Source: an uncultured Gammaproteobacteria bacterium
GTDB taxonomy: Bacteria; Patescibacteriota; Patescibacteriia; Patescibacteriales; UBA12465
DNA length: 64,000 nt
Reading direction: 5' to 3'
Assembly: GCA_964639785.1 (NCBI GenBank)
Contig: CAZXEE010000002.1
Coordinates: 79,273-143,272, forward strand
Position numbers and translations under genes: made by a program. Below are positions 18,423 through 27,045 of the stretch, one piece after another. Positions within the stretch are counted from its first letter, which is position 1, and every line of letters begins with the position of its first letter. Below the pieces are notes generated by a model, which was given only the letters and a program-made list of their open reading frames with translations, searched no databases and had not been told where the DNA came from.

Positions 18423-18451
18423 AACAGGCTTTAAGGAGCCTGTTTTTGTTT
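18423..18451 (+). terminator. Rho-independent terminator ending the signalling operon
   Basis: aacaggct (18423-18430) / agcctgtt (18437-18444), followed by tttgttt. Confidence 0.8.
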
Positions 18452-18478
18452 GACAAAAATCATAATATATACTATAGT
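18450..18478 (+). promoter_or_regulatory. Predicted promoter TTGACA, 17-nt spacer, TATAGT
   Basis: ttgaca at 18450-18455 and tatagt at 18473-18478. SD cggagga at 18497-18503 precedes the ATG at 18512. Confidence 0.55.
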
Positions 18479-18511
18479 TAGGAGACTCACTAAAAACGGA
18501 GGATTTTAATC

Positions 18512-19018
18512 ATGAAAAAAAGCGTAGTAATAGTAATTTTGGTCGTTATCGGATTGTTCCTTTCAATGTCAGTTTCTGCTCAAAAGAAAAAAGATCGTTT
18601 TGAACCCAAAAAGCCGAGCGAATATATTATGTTTGCTTTGGATGCGATGGATCATGACAGCAGTTATGTTGAAGCCTTAGAATATATCGACGAGGCGATT
18701 GCCCTTGATGACAGCAATGCCTTTGCTTTCTCGGTCCGGGGCAGTATCTACCTGTTCCAGGAAAGATATGCTTCAGCTTTAATGGATTTCGACAAGTCAA
18801 TTGCTTTGGATTCAACCGATTTCTTTAATTATTTTGGGAGAGCTAAATGCTGGTATTACCTGGGTAATAATCCGGCGGCTTTAACCGATCTGAATCTGGC
18901 AGTTAGCCGAGAGCCATTTGTTGCCGAAGTTTATCTGTGGCGCTCAAAGATCAAGAAGATTCTGGGGGATACGGCCGGATCGGAAGCCGACCTCAAAACT
19001 TATCAGAGAATGATTTAA
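18512..19018 (+). CDS. Secreted TPR-repeat protein
   Basis: Signal peptide (VVIGLFLSMSVSA|Q) followed by TPR-like A-x3-Y/F-x-A-L-x-D repeats. 168 aa. Confidence 0.75.
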   Translation: MKKSVVIVILVVIGLFLSMSVSAQKKKDRFEPKKPSEYIMFALDAMDHDSSYVEALEYIDEAIALDDSNAFAFSVRGSIYLFQERYASALMDFDKSIALDSTDFFNYFGRAKCWYYLGNNPAALTDLNLAVSREPFVAEVYLWRSKIKKILGDTAGSEADLKTYQRMI

Positions 19019-19038
19019 GCAAGAAAAGAAACAAAAAA

Positions 19039-19070
19039 AGGGTCTCTAAAACGAGGCTCTTTTTTATTTT
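19039..19070 (+). terminator. Probable rho-independent terminator
   Basis: agggtctc / gaggctct stem with two G-U pairs, followed by tttttatttt. Confidence 0.55.
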
Positions 19071-19139
19071 TGCCAGCTTGTTTAAAGTCTGTAAAAATAG
19101 TATAATTTAAGCAGAAAATATTAATTTAATCTTGTTTTT

Positions 19140-20684
19140 ATGAACCATAATAGACTTTTCTTCTGGGGCTTAGCTTTGGCTTTATTATTGGGTTTTTGGC
19201 CCGGAGTTAGCCAAGCGGCTTGCGTTGTCCAATTAGTGGCGCGCGATACTAATGGCAATTTTATTCCGAATGTCCGTTTTGAAGTTTATGAACAGACTCG
19301 AGATGTCAATAATCGTTTAAAACCTGGGAAATTATTGGGGAGCGGTGTTAGCGACAAGATTCTGGGCGGGGCTAATGTTACTTTGAGCGGATCCGCCACC
19401 TCTACTTATGCTTTGAGAGTCCAGTCGGTAGTTAAGGATTTTACCAGCTTTTGGTATTATCAGCAGGACTTAAGATGCAATGAATCGGTCCAGACTATAA
19501 AATACTTGAGCGCTATCAAGTTCGTCTTCCGGGATGGCGGCGGAACCTTGAAGCGCAATGTCAGCTTCAATCTTTATACTCAGAAATATGATACGGAAGA
19601 CAAGCCGATAAAAGACAAGAACGACATGGTTGGAACTTTCAATACCGGTGAATCGGGTGAGGTCAAAGTCTATGTGCCGCAGGGTAGTGTCCGCAGTATC
19701 GATGGCAAGATCAGCGATTCTTACGTCATCGAGGTCAGAGATAGCGGCGCTAATTTCGTTAAGTATGATATCGAGGTGATGGATGCCGCTACAACGGAAA
19801 ATGTTTATACTTTTAGTGATTTGAAAGTGGTTTTGAAGGATGCTTCTTCTAAGTTAGTGCCGGAGAAGACCAATATCGATGTCTATCAACAACTCAAGGA
19901 CGTTGATAACAATTATCGTTTAGGAACTAAGCTGGGCAGTTTTGCTATCAATAGCCAGGGATACGGCCTATTCGTTTATCCGGCTGGAACTTATGTCTTG
20001 GTTGTCAAAGATAAGGTTGGTCCCAAAAAAGTCTATCGGATCTGGGATGTTAAGATCAAGGATGGCGTAAGGACCAGTAAGACTTTTACTTTGAATGTTA
20101 TCGACCAGCATGATCAGGGCGGTAGTAGCAGCAATATCGCTAATCGCTTAAAAGGTTATATTGTGCTTCAAACCGAGTCGCATGGCGAAGCTTGGTATAT
20201 TAATCCTCGTGATGCTAAAAGATATTATCTGAAGAATGGCGCTGAGGCTTATAAGATCATGAGCCGTTTGGGATATGGTATCACTAATGCCGGGCTTAAT
20301 AAGGTTAAGCCGGGATTCTTAACCCAAATCGCTTATTTGGATTCTGATAATGATTATCTGCCGGATAAGATCGAAGAATCTTTCGGTACGATAATTGACA
20401 AGCCGGATTCCGATAATGACGGCTATCTTGATGGCAATGAAGTCCGGTCAGGCTATAATCCTTCGGGATCAGGAAAATTACCGATTGATTTAGCTTTTTC
20501 TGGAAACCAGAAGGGAAAGATATTATTACAGGTAGAGAAACAAGGCCAGGCTTGGTATGTCGATCCGCGTGATTCTCGCAGGTATTATATGGCTGATGGC
20601 GATAGCGCTTATGGCGTGATGCGCTATCTAGGCCTGGGTATTACTAATGAAGATTTAGAAACTATTAGCGTGGGCGAGCTTTAA
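19140..20684 (+). CDS. Secreted protein: three prealbumin/CarboxypepD_reg-like beta-sandwich repeats, two GEAWY modules and Asp-rich Ca-binding-like repeats
   Basis: Signal peptide ...PGVSQA|A. Repeated V-x-ARD-x-G-x5-V-x-F-x-Y units. DSDNDYLPD and DSDNDGYLDGNE (thrombospondin type 3-like). GYIVLQTESHGEAWYINP and GKILLQVEKQGQAWYVDP. Confidence 0.7.
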   Translation: MNHNRLFFWGLALALLLGFWPGVSQAACVVQLVARDTNGNFIPNVRFEVYEQTRDVNNRLKPGKLLGSGVSDKILGGANVTLSGSATSTYALRVQSVVKDFTSFWYYQQDLRCNESVQTIKYLSAIKFVFRDGGGTLKRNVSFNLYTQKYDTEDKPIKDKNDMVGTFNTGESGEVKVYVPQGSVRSIDGKISDSYVIEVRDSGANFVKYDIEVMDAATTENVYTFSDLKVVLKDASSKLVPEKTNIDVYQQLKDVDNNYRLGTKLGSFAINSQGYGLFVYPAGTYVLVVKDKVGPKKVYRIWDVKIKDGVRTSKTFTLNVIDQHDQGGSSSNIANRLKGYIVLQTESHGEAWYINPRDAKRYYLKNGAEAYKIMSRLGYGITNAGLNKVKPGFLTQIAYLDSDNDYLPDKIEESFGTIIDKPDSDNDGYLDGNEVRSGYNPSGSGKLPIDLAFSGNQKGKILLQVEKQGQAWYVDPRDSRRYYMADGDSAYGVMRYLGLGITNEDLETISVGEL

Positions 20685-20685
20685 T

Positions 20686-21699
20686 ATGGGAAAGAATAGA
20701 TCAACAATGGGATTTTCTTGGCCGCTGATCGGTAATTCAGCCGCTATTGAGTTTTTAACCAAGAGTTTGGTGAATCGGCGCTTGGCTCAGACTTATATCT
20801 TTGCCGGTCCAGAGAACCTGGGAAAGAATACTATTGCTGACTGTTTTGCCAAGAATTTGCTATTGCTGGATGAGAATCGGCGGGAGAATTTGGTTGATCT
20901 GGATGAGTCAAAATTGATCTTGTCGGGAGACTTCCATGTAGTCGGGAGGGAGCCGGGAAAGAAGAATATTTCCATCGAACAGATCAGGGATCTGATCAAG
21001 ACTTTAGAGATGAGTTCATTTGCTAATTCCTATAAAATTGGTATTATAAAAGAAGCTGAGACTATCAGCGAGCAGGGAATGAATGCCCTTTTGAAGATAC
21101 TGGAAGAGCCTCGGTCCAAGGTGGCAGTCATTTTGATAACGTCACATTTGGAGTCGATTTTGCCGACAATTGTGTCCCGTAGCCAAGTGGTTAATTTTTA
21201 TCCGGTCAAGACAGAAATCATCCACGATTATTTGGTGGATGAATACAAGCTTAATCCGGTGTTGGCCAAGAATCTATCTCGTCTGGCTCTGGGAAGGCCA
21301 GCCTTGGCGATAAAGTTTTTAGAAGATAAGGATTTTTATCAAAGCTACTTAGACAATGTCAATCTATTTTTGGAGGTATTGTCAGTCCAGATTCCAGAAC
21401 GTCTTAAGCTGGTTTCGAAATTCGTTTCCAGTCATAAAGGTGAAGGTGAGTTGACTACAGCGACTAAAAGTTTGCTCAATGTCTGGGAGGCTCTTATCCG
21501 GGATTTATTATTATTAAGCTCCGGCAACGACAACCTGTTGCAGCACGAATTGGCTAAGAATGATCTGTTGAAAGTAAAAGATGGTTATCAGACAGCTGAC
21601 TGGCTCAGGACCCTGAAGCTTTTACAGATGTCCCGAACTTATCTGAAGTCTAATGTTAATGGCAAGAATGTCTTGGAAAATTTAGTTATCAATATTTAA
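20686..21699 (+). CDS. holB: DNA polymerase III delta-prime subunit
   Basis: AQTYIFAGPENLGKNT (degenerate P-loop), NALLKILEEP and TIVSRSQ (SRC-like) motifs. 337 aa. Confidence 0.85.
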   Translation: MGKNRSTMGFSWPLIGNSAAIEFLTKSLVNRRLAQTYIFAGPENLGKNTIADCFAKNLLLLDENRRENLVDLDESKLILSGDFHVVGREPGKKNISIEQIRDLIKTLEMSSFANSYKIGIIKEAETISEQGMNALLKILEEPRSKVAVILITSHLESILPTIVSRSQVVNFYPVKTEIIHDYLVDEYKLNPVLAKNLSRLALGRPALAIKFLEDKDFYQSYLDNVNLFLEVLSVQIPERLKLVSKFVSSHKGEGELTTATKSLLNVWEALIRDLLLLSSGNDNLLQHELAKNDLLKVKDGYQTADWLRTLKLLQMSRTYLKSNVNGKNVLENLVINI

Positions 21700-21710
21700 T
21701 TATAAAATAT

Positions 21711-22826
21711 ATGAACAAAAAATTATTGCTTTCTTCGTTTTTAGCGATTTTTACCTTATCCCTTTCAGGCTGTTCTTTGAGTTTCAATACTCAAGACAAG
21801 GCCGGGAGTGATTTTGGCGGAGTTTTCGTCACGGCTAACAAGGGTGACGTCTGGCGCCAAATGTCGCTCATGCCGACAGTCACTGGTTCTCCTGACAATA
21901 TCGGGCATCTGGATGTCAGTAATTTAGTGGTTGATCCGAGCGATCCGGCGGCAGTTTACATGACGACCCTAAATGACGGCTTATATTATACTTACAATGT
22001 TACTAAGGGTTGGCATCATGCTGATACTTTGCCTCGGGCTACCATTAATGATGTAGCGGTAAATGCCAAGAATAAATGTAATATTTTTGCGGCAATTGGC
22101 AATAAATTATATAAATCAGTCGATTGCAGCCGGAATTGGAGCGAGGTTTATTTTGATAATAATCCAAGTGTCCAAGTTATGGCCGTGGCTGTCGATCACT
22201 ATGACGGCAACAGCGTCTATATCGGCACTTCTCGCGGTGAAGTCATCAAGTCATTGGATGGCGGAGCTACTTGGCGGACCATCCAGAGATTGAATGATGG
22301 CGTTAGACGTATTGCAGTCCACCCGACTGATAGCCGGATTGTCTTTGTAGCTTCAGTTAAGAATGGCTTATATCGCTTCAATTCCAATGAAGCAGTTAAT
22401 CTGGATCAATTGTCGGAATATCAGAATAAGTTCGATGGCACTAATTGGATGGATCTGAATGCTGAATTGAAAGAATTTAACATGGGATTCAATTTTAAAT
22501 CGCTAGAATTCAGCAGTGATAACAATATGTTCTTGGCTAGTGACAAGGTTCTTTTGAAATCAACTGATAGTGGCGCCAGTTGGGCTAAGATCAAATTGAT
22601 CACTCCGGAAAAAGAAACTGCAATCAACGCTTTAGCGGTGAACCCAAAGAATGCCAATGAGATATATTATGTTACTGATACCACCTTCTATCGTTCTGTC
22701 GATGGCGGCAACACTTGGACTACCAAGCAATTGCCGACTACCAGGGGCGGTAATGCCTTGTTGGTTGATCCGGAAAATACTGATGTCATCTATTTGGGCA
22801 TCAAGAAGATAAAAAAAGATAATTAA
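21711..22826 (+). CDS. Lipoprotein with BNR/Asp-box beta-propeller (Ycf48/sialidase-like fold)
   Basis: Lipobox LSLSG|C. Asp boxes SLDGGATW, STDSGASW and SVDGGNTW. Confidence 0.7.
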   Translation: MNKKLLLSSFLAIFTLSLSGCSLSFNTQDKAGSDFGGVFVTANKGDVWRQMSLMPTVTGSPDNIGHLDVSNLVVDPSDPAAVYMTTLNDGLYYTYNVTKGWHHADTLPRATINDVAVNAKNKCNIFAAIGNKLYKSVDCSRNWSEVYFDNNPSVQVMAVAVDHYDGNSVYIGTSRGEVIKSLDGGATWRTIQRLNDGVRRIAVHPTDSRIVFVASVKNGLYRFNSNEAVNLDQLSEYQNKFDGTNWMDLNAELKEFNMGFNFKSLEFSSDNNMFLASDKVLLKSTDSGASWAKIKLITPEKETAINALAVNPKNANEIYYVTDTTFYRSVDGGNTWTTKQLPTTRGGNALLVDPENTDVIYLGIKKIKKDN

Positions 22827-22848
22827 TTTATTTATTCACAAAAATAAT

Positions 22849-23403
22849 ATGAACATCTACTTACAAAACAAACAGGCTGACTTCTCTGGAGTGATTGATT
22901 TTTTTAAGAAGGATATTGCTACCCTGCGTACCGGTCGGGCTAACCCGGCTTTGCTGGACGGAGTCTTTGTCGATGCTTATGGCGTCAAGAATCAGATCAA
23001 TGCTTTAGCTAATATTACCGTGGTTGATTCTCGCAGCATGACCGTTGCTCCTTGGGACAAGAGCGTCATGAAAGATTTAGAAAAAGCTCTGATTGAAGCT
23101 AATCTGGGTGTCGGCGTAGTAAATGACGGAGATAAGATTAGAATCAACATCCCGATGATGACTGAAGAGAATCGCAAGGACTTAGTTAAGAAAGTCAACG
23201 AAAAACAGGAAAAAGCTAAAATTTCTATCCGTCAGATCAGGGAAGAAGTCCGTCACGCCATTGAAGAGGCCGAGGAGAATAAGGAATTCAGCGAGGATGA
23301 AAAATTCAGATATATGAAGGAATTAGATGAAGCTGTAGCTAAGTCCAATGAAGAGATTAAGGAGCTACGCGACAAGAAAGAGAAAGAGGTTATGGAAATT
23401 TAA
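22849..23403 (+). CDS. frr: Ribosome recycling factor
   Basis: 184 aa. LRTGRANPALLDGVFVDAYG...PLNQIA-type signature and a Glu/Lys-rich helical C-terminus. Confidence 0.95.
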   Translation: MNIYLQNKQADFSGVIDFFKKDIATLRTGRANPALLDGVFVDAYGVKNQINALANITVVDSRSMTVAPWDKSVMKDLEKALIEANLGVGVVNDGDKIRINIPMMTEENRKDLVKKVNEKQEKAKISIRQIREEVRHAIEEAEENKEFSEDEKFRYMKELDEAVAKSNEEIKELRDKKEKEVMEI

Positions 23404-23412
23404 TAATTATTT

Positions 23413-24675
23413 ATGATTTTTACTATTATAATATTCATATTAGTCTTGTCCCTTTTGATTTTTGTCCATGAGTTCGGACATTTTTGGACTGCCAGAAGAT
23501 TCAAGGTGGGAGCACCGGAATTCGGTTTCGGTTTTCCGCCTCGGGTTTTTGGTTTCCAATTAGTTAAGGGGAAACGGCTTCAGAAGATATCAGAAACTGA
23601 AAATATCGATGTCAGGGTTTCTAAGAACGAAGATGGGACTCTGGTTGAAAAGATTACTGATGAGAAGCGAGAAGTCGACGTGGTCGTTCCGGTTAAGCGC
23701 TGGCGTTTTATCAAGGGCAACCGGGAATTGACGGAGGCTGATGAAGCTTATGGTACGGTCTATTCTTTGAATTGGATTCCATTGGGTGGCTTTGTTAAAA
23801 TCAAGGGCCAAGATGGGGAAGAGCCTAATGATCCAGATAGCTTTTCGGCTCGTCCGATTTATCAGCGTTTTCTAATCCTCTTTGCCGGCGTTCTGATGAA
23901 TATTGTCTTGGCCATGGCTTTGTTGTCAGTCGGCTTTATGATCGGTTTGCCGCAGAATACGGAGAATGTCCGTCCGGGCGGAACGATGGAAGCCAAGAAA
24001 GTTCAGATCATGGAAGTCTTGCCAGGATCTCCGGCTGAAAAAGCTGGGGTTAGTGTGGGTGACCAGGTGCTGAGCATTAATAATCAAAAGATTAACTCTG
24101 AAGAAGATATTCAGAAATTCTTGTCGGACAAAGCTGGACAAGAAGTATCATTGCGGATCAAGCGTTATAGTGAAGATCAGGAAATCAAGGTTACTCCACA
24201 GGTTCTAGCAGAGACTAATCGGGGTGGCATCGGCGTCATGCTGACTGCTTCAGCTATCGTCCATTATCCTTGGTACCAGGCTATCTGGGAGGGTTCGAAG
24301 ACTGCCATCCTGTTATTATGGGCTATCATCGTAGCTTTCTATGACTTGATTCGGAACTTGATCGTCGGCCATGCGGTCGATGGTGCTGTAGCCGGACCGG
24401 TGGGAATTGCTACCCTGACCGGCCAGGTGGCTCGGATGGGATTCAGCTATTTATTGCAATTTATCTCCCTTTTATCTCTTAACTTGGCAGTCATTAATTT
24501 CTTGCCGATTCCAGCTTTAGATGGCGGTCGCGCTTTGTTCCTGTTGTTTGAGAAGATCAAAGGCCGTCCAGTCAAGAAAGAATTAGAGAATGTCTTGCAT
24601 AATGTTTTTTTCATTCTGTTGATTTTATTGATAGTCTGGATAACCATCAAGGATGTCCTTAAATTTTTCAGTTAA
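23413..24675 (+). CDS. rseP: RIP site-2 zinc metalloprotease RseP
   Basis: HEFGH motif at the N-terminus, a PDZ segment (GSPAEKAGVSVGDQVLSINNQKI), and LNLAVINFLPIPALDGG. Confidence 0.93.
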   Translation: MIFTIIIFILVLSLLIFVHEFGHFWTARRFKVGAPEFGFGFPPRVFGFQLVKGKRLQKISETENIDVRVSKNEDGTLVEKITDEKREVDVVVPVKRWRFIKGNRELTEADEAYGTVYSLNWIPLGGFVKIKGQDGEEPNDPDSFSARPIYQRFLILFAGVLMNIVLAMALLSVGFMIGLPQNTENVRPGGTMEAKKVQIMEVLPGSPAEKAGVSVGDQVLSINNQKINSEEDIQKFLSDKAGQEVSLRIKRYSEDQEIKVTPQVLAETNRGGIGVMLTASAIVHYPWYQAIWEGSKTAILLLWAIIVAFYDLIRNLIVGHAVDGAVAGPVGIATLTGQVARMGFSYLLQFISLLSLNLAVINFLPIPALDGGRALFLLFEKIKGRPVKKELENVLHNVFFILLILLIVWITIKDVLKFFS

Positions 24676-24692
24676 TTTGTTATAAGAAAAAT

Positions 24693-26183
24693 ATGAGAAA
24701 AAAAATCGCTTTCACCCTGATTGAGTTATTGGTAGTTATAGCTATCATTGGAATTTTAGCCACGATTTCGGTCATAGCCCTTTCTAATGCTAGGGCTAAG
24801 TCTCGTGATGCTAAAAGGGTTGGTGATATGAAACAGATTCAGACGGCTCTAGAGTTGTTCTTTAATGATAATGGCAGGTATCCTAACTCTGAAGAGTGGG
24901 CGACTGGTCAAATATTTTCCACTACTACTGATTCTACCTCTACCTATATGCAAATCATCCCAGCAGCAGCCGGTCCGGCTGATGGGGATTGTACTTCTAG
25001 TCAGAACAATTTTTATTATACTCCAACAGAAGACGGCAGTTCTTATCTTATCTCTTTCTGTCTAGGAAATAACACCGGTACTGTCGCTGCCGGTCCGAAA
25101 TGTTTGACTCCTAGTGGAATTTTGGACATCGATTGTTCTCCGGGATGCTTGATTGATTCTGAGGGTTGTTCTTGGAGTCCGTTGGGTTCACTTGCCTTTA
25201 CTTCGACTGAATCTACTGAAACCCACTTGGTTTTTAATAATGGAATTCCTTATATGTCTTATGTTAACGCTAGTAACGCAGAGGCTATGGTAATGAAATA
25301 TGAAAATGATTCCTGGCAGGTTGTTGGTAGTCCTAATTTCTCGGCTGGGCCAACTAGCTTTTTAGAGCTTGCTTTTGATAGTAATAATACGCCTTATGTC
25401 GCTTATGGCGATGGAGCTTTGTCTTATAAGGCAACTGTTATGAAGTTTGATGGCTCGAGCTGGGTAAATGTGGGCACTCCAGGCTTTTCAGCTAGCGGAG
25501 CATCATATACTTCCTTGGCTATCGATAGTAATGACACCCCATATGTTGCTTATACGGATGAAGCTGACCCTAATAGAGGTGTTACAGTGAAAAAGTTTGA
25601 AGGCGGTTCTTGGCAGACAGTTGGTACGGCTGGTTTTTCCGGAGGAAGAGGGCATGAACCTTCCATTGCTTTTTATAACAATGTTCCATACGTCGCTTAT
25701 CAAGACGCTCTTAGCGGTTATGGCGCTACAGTGAAAAAGTTTGAAGGCGGTTCCTGGCAGACAGTTGGTACGGCTGGTTTTTCCGGCGGCGCTGTTTTTG
25801 AAGTCTCTTTACTTTTTGATAATGGAACGCCTTATGTATCTTACCGTGATGGCGGATATAGTTATGGTGCTACGGTTATGAAGTATAGTAGCGATTCTTG
25901 GCAGGTAGTTGGTGCTCCTAATCTTTCAGGGGGGAATGCCATTAGCATTTCTCTAGCTATAAATGATGGAATTCCTTATGTTTCTTATGTAGATAATATA
26001 AATTCTAGTAAATCAGCGGTTATGAGATATAAAGATGGATCCTGGCAAAGCCTTGGTCCGAAAGGATTTTCTGACTTCGCGATAGGATATACATCATTAG
26101 CTTTTTATAATGATGTCGCTTATATGGCTTGTTATGAAAATGGCGGTACAGGAAAGGCTAGTGTATTTAAATTTGATAAATAA
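24693..26183 (+). CDS. Pilin-headed fusion protein: prepilin N-terminus + seven ~48-aa repeats (predicted 7-blade beta-propeller)
   Basis: MRKKIA|FTLIELLVVIAIIGILA. Seven repeats of the pattern PYV(A/S)Y-x8-12-V(M/K)K(F/Y)-x3-SWQxVG-x3-FS. Confidence 0.85.
   Translation: MRKKIAFTLIELLVVIAIIGILATISVIALSNARAKSRDAKRVGDMKQIQTALELFFNDNGRYPNSEEWATGQIFSTTTDSTSTYMQIIPAAAGPADGDCTSSQNNFYYTPTEDGSSYLISFCLGNNTGTVAAGPKCLTPSGILDIDCSPGCLIDSEGCSWSPLGSLAFTSTESTETHLVFNNGIPYMSYVNASNAEAMVMKYENDSWQVVGSPNFSAGPTSFLELAFDSNNTPYVAYGDGALSYKATVMKFDGSSWVNVGTPGFSASGASYTSLAIDSNDTPYVAYTDEADPNRGVTVKKFEGGSWQTVGTAGFSGGRGHEPSIAFYNNVPYVAYQDALSGYGATVKKFEGGSWQTVGTAGFSGGAVFEVSLLFDNGTPYVSYRDGGYSYGATVMKYSSDSWQVVGAPNLSGGNAISISLAINDGIPYVSYVDNINSSKSAVMRYKDGSWQSLGPKGFSDFAIGYTSLAFYNDVAYMACYENGGTGKASVFKFDK
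25584..25786 (+). repeat. Intragenic direct repeat: 59 bp at 25584-25642 and 25728-25786, one mismatch
   Basis: acagtgaaaaagtttgaaggcggttc(t/c)tggcagacagttggtacggctggtttttccgg. The offset is 144 bp, exactly one blade. Confidence 0.95.
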
Positions 26184-26217
26184 AAATTAAATAATTAATA
26201 AAATTAAACATAATCTT

Positions 26218-26538
26218 ATGCAAATCAAAATTAAAGCCAGCAAAATCGAATTAACCGAAGCCATTGAGAATTACATCAACGAAAAGGTTAACATGTTAGA
26301 GAAGTATTTGAACCATGTCGATGTCCTAAATTGCGATTTCGAAATCGAAAAATCTATCGGAGGCCAGAACAAGGGCGATATTTTCAAAGCTGAAATCAAT
26401 TTAGAGGTCCCGGGAGAAATCTTACGGGTTGAAAAAACCGAGCCGGATCTGTATAAGGCGATAGACAAGGTGAAAGATCACTTAGCGGAGATGATCAAGA
26501 AGTATAAGGAGAAGAAGATTGACCGCCGCCGACAATAA
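26218..26538 (+). CDS. hpf: Ribosome hibernation promoting factor (short HPF/RaiA family)
   Basis: 106 aa. IELTEAIENYINEKVNMLEKYL...FKAEINLEVPG...LRVEKTEPDLYKAIDKVKDHLAEMIKKYKEK. Confidence 0.85.
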   Translation: MQIKIKASKIELTEAIENYINEKVNMLEKYLNHVDVLNCDFEIEKSIGGQNKGDIFKAEINLEVPGEILRVEKTEPDLYKAIDKVKDHLAEMIKKYKEKKIDRRRQ

Positions 26539-26553
26539 TAGAAAAAATAAAAA

Positions 26554-26585
26554 GGCCCCGGCTGTTTAGTCGGGGCTTTATTTTT
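26554..26585. terminator. Bidirectional rho-independent terminator
   Basis: gccccg (26555-26560) / cggggc (26571-26576), flanked by an A run upstream and a T run downstream. It lies between convergent genes. Confidence 0.75.
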
Positions 26586-26607
26586 AGCGGTTAAGCTTTT
26601 TGGGTGC

Positions 26608-26796
26608 TTAGGCTACTAAGCTCAGGTGCTCTTTTTTTACATCACTGTTTGGCTGTCCTTCCATCTTCTTGATAGGTTTGGGGGTTTTTAACCATTCCTC
26701 TTTTTTATAGCAGTAATAGCCATAAGAGAAGATAGTTGCTGCTAATATAATTATAAAGGCAATAGCATGCCAAACGGTGATTTCGAAATACTCCAT
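26608..26796 (-). CDS. Hypothetical small single-TM protein (62 aa)
   Basis: ORF with TM helix AIAFIIILAATIFSYGYY. Convergent terminator and two upstream leftward promoters. No SD. Confidence 0.4.
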   Translation of the reverse strand: MEYFEITVWHAIAFIIILAATIFSYGYYCYKKEEWLKTPKPIKKMEGQPNSDVKKEHLSLVA

Positions 26797-26994
26797 AGTC
26801 TGTAAGATTTTTTTTGGTTTTGGTTAATGAACTTTAGATTTTTACGAGATGTTTTTACCTCTCGTTGGGTAATTTGGTTGTTGGGCTAAGGTTAGCCTGT
26901 GTCGTCAATTGGGGTAATATTACCTGTTTTTTCCAATCTTCCTCCTTTCTTTGTTTTGTCGGTTTATATTTATTTCGCTTAACCACGAACTTTG

Positions 26995-27023
26995 ATTATA
27001 GCTGACATATCGGTTATCGTCAA
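26995..27023 (-). promoter_or_regulatory. Predicted minus-strand promoter TTGACG, 17-nt spacer, TATAAT
   Basis: The reverse complement reads ttgacg-ataaccgatatgtcagc-tataat. Confidence 0.55.
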
Positions 27024-27045
27024 GGCTTCGGTTAAATAGGGCTCC

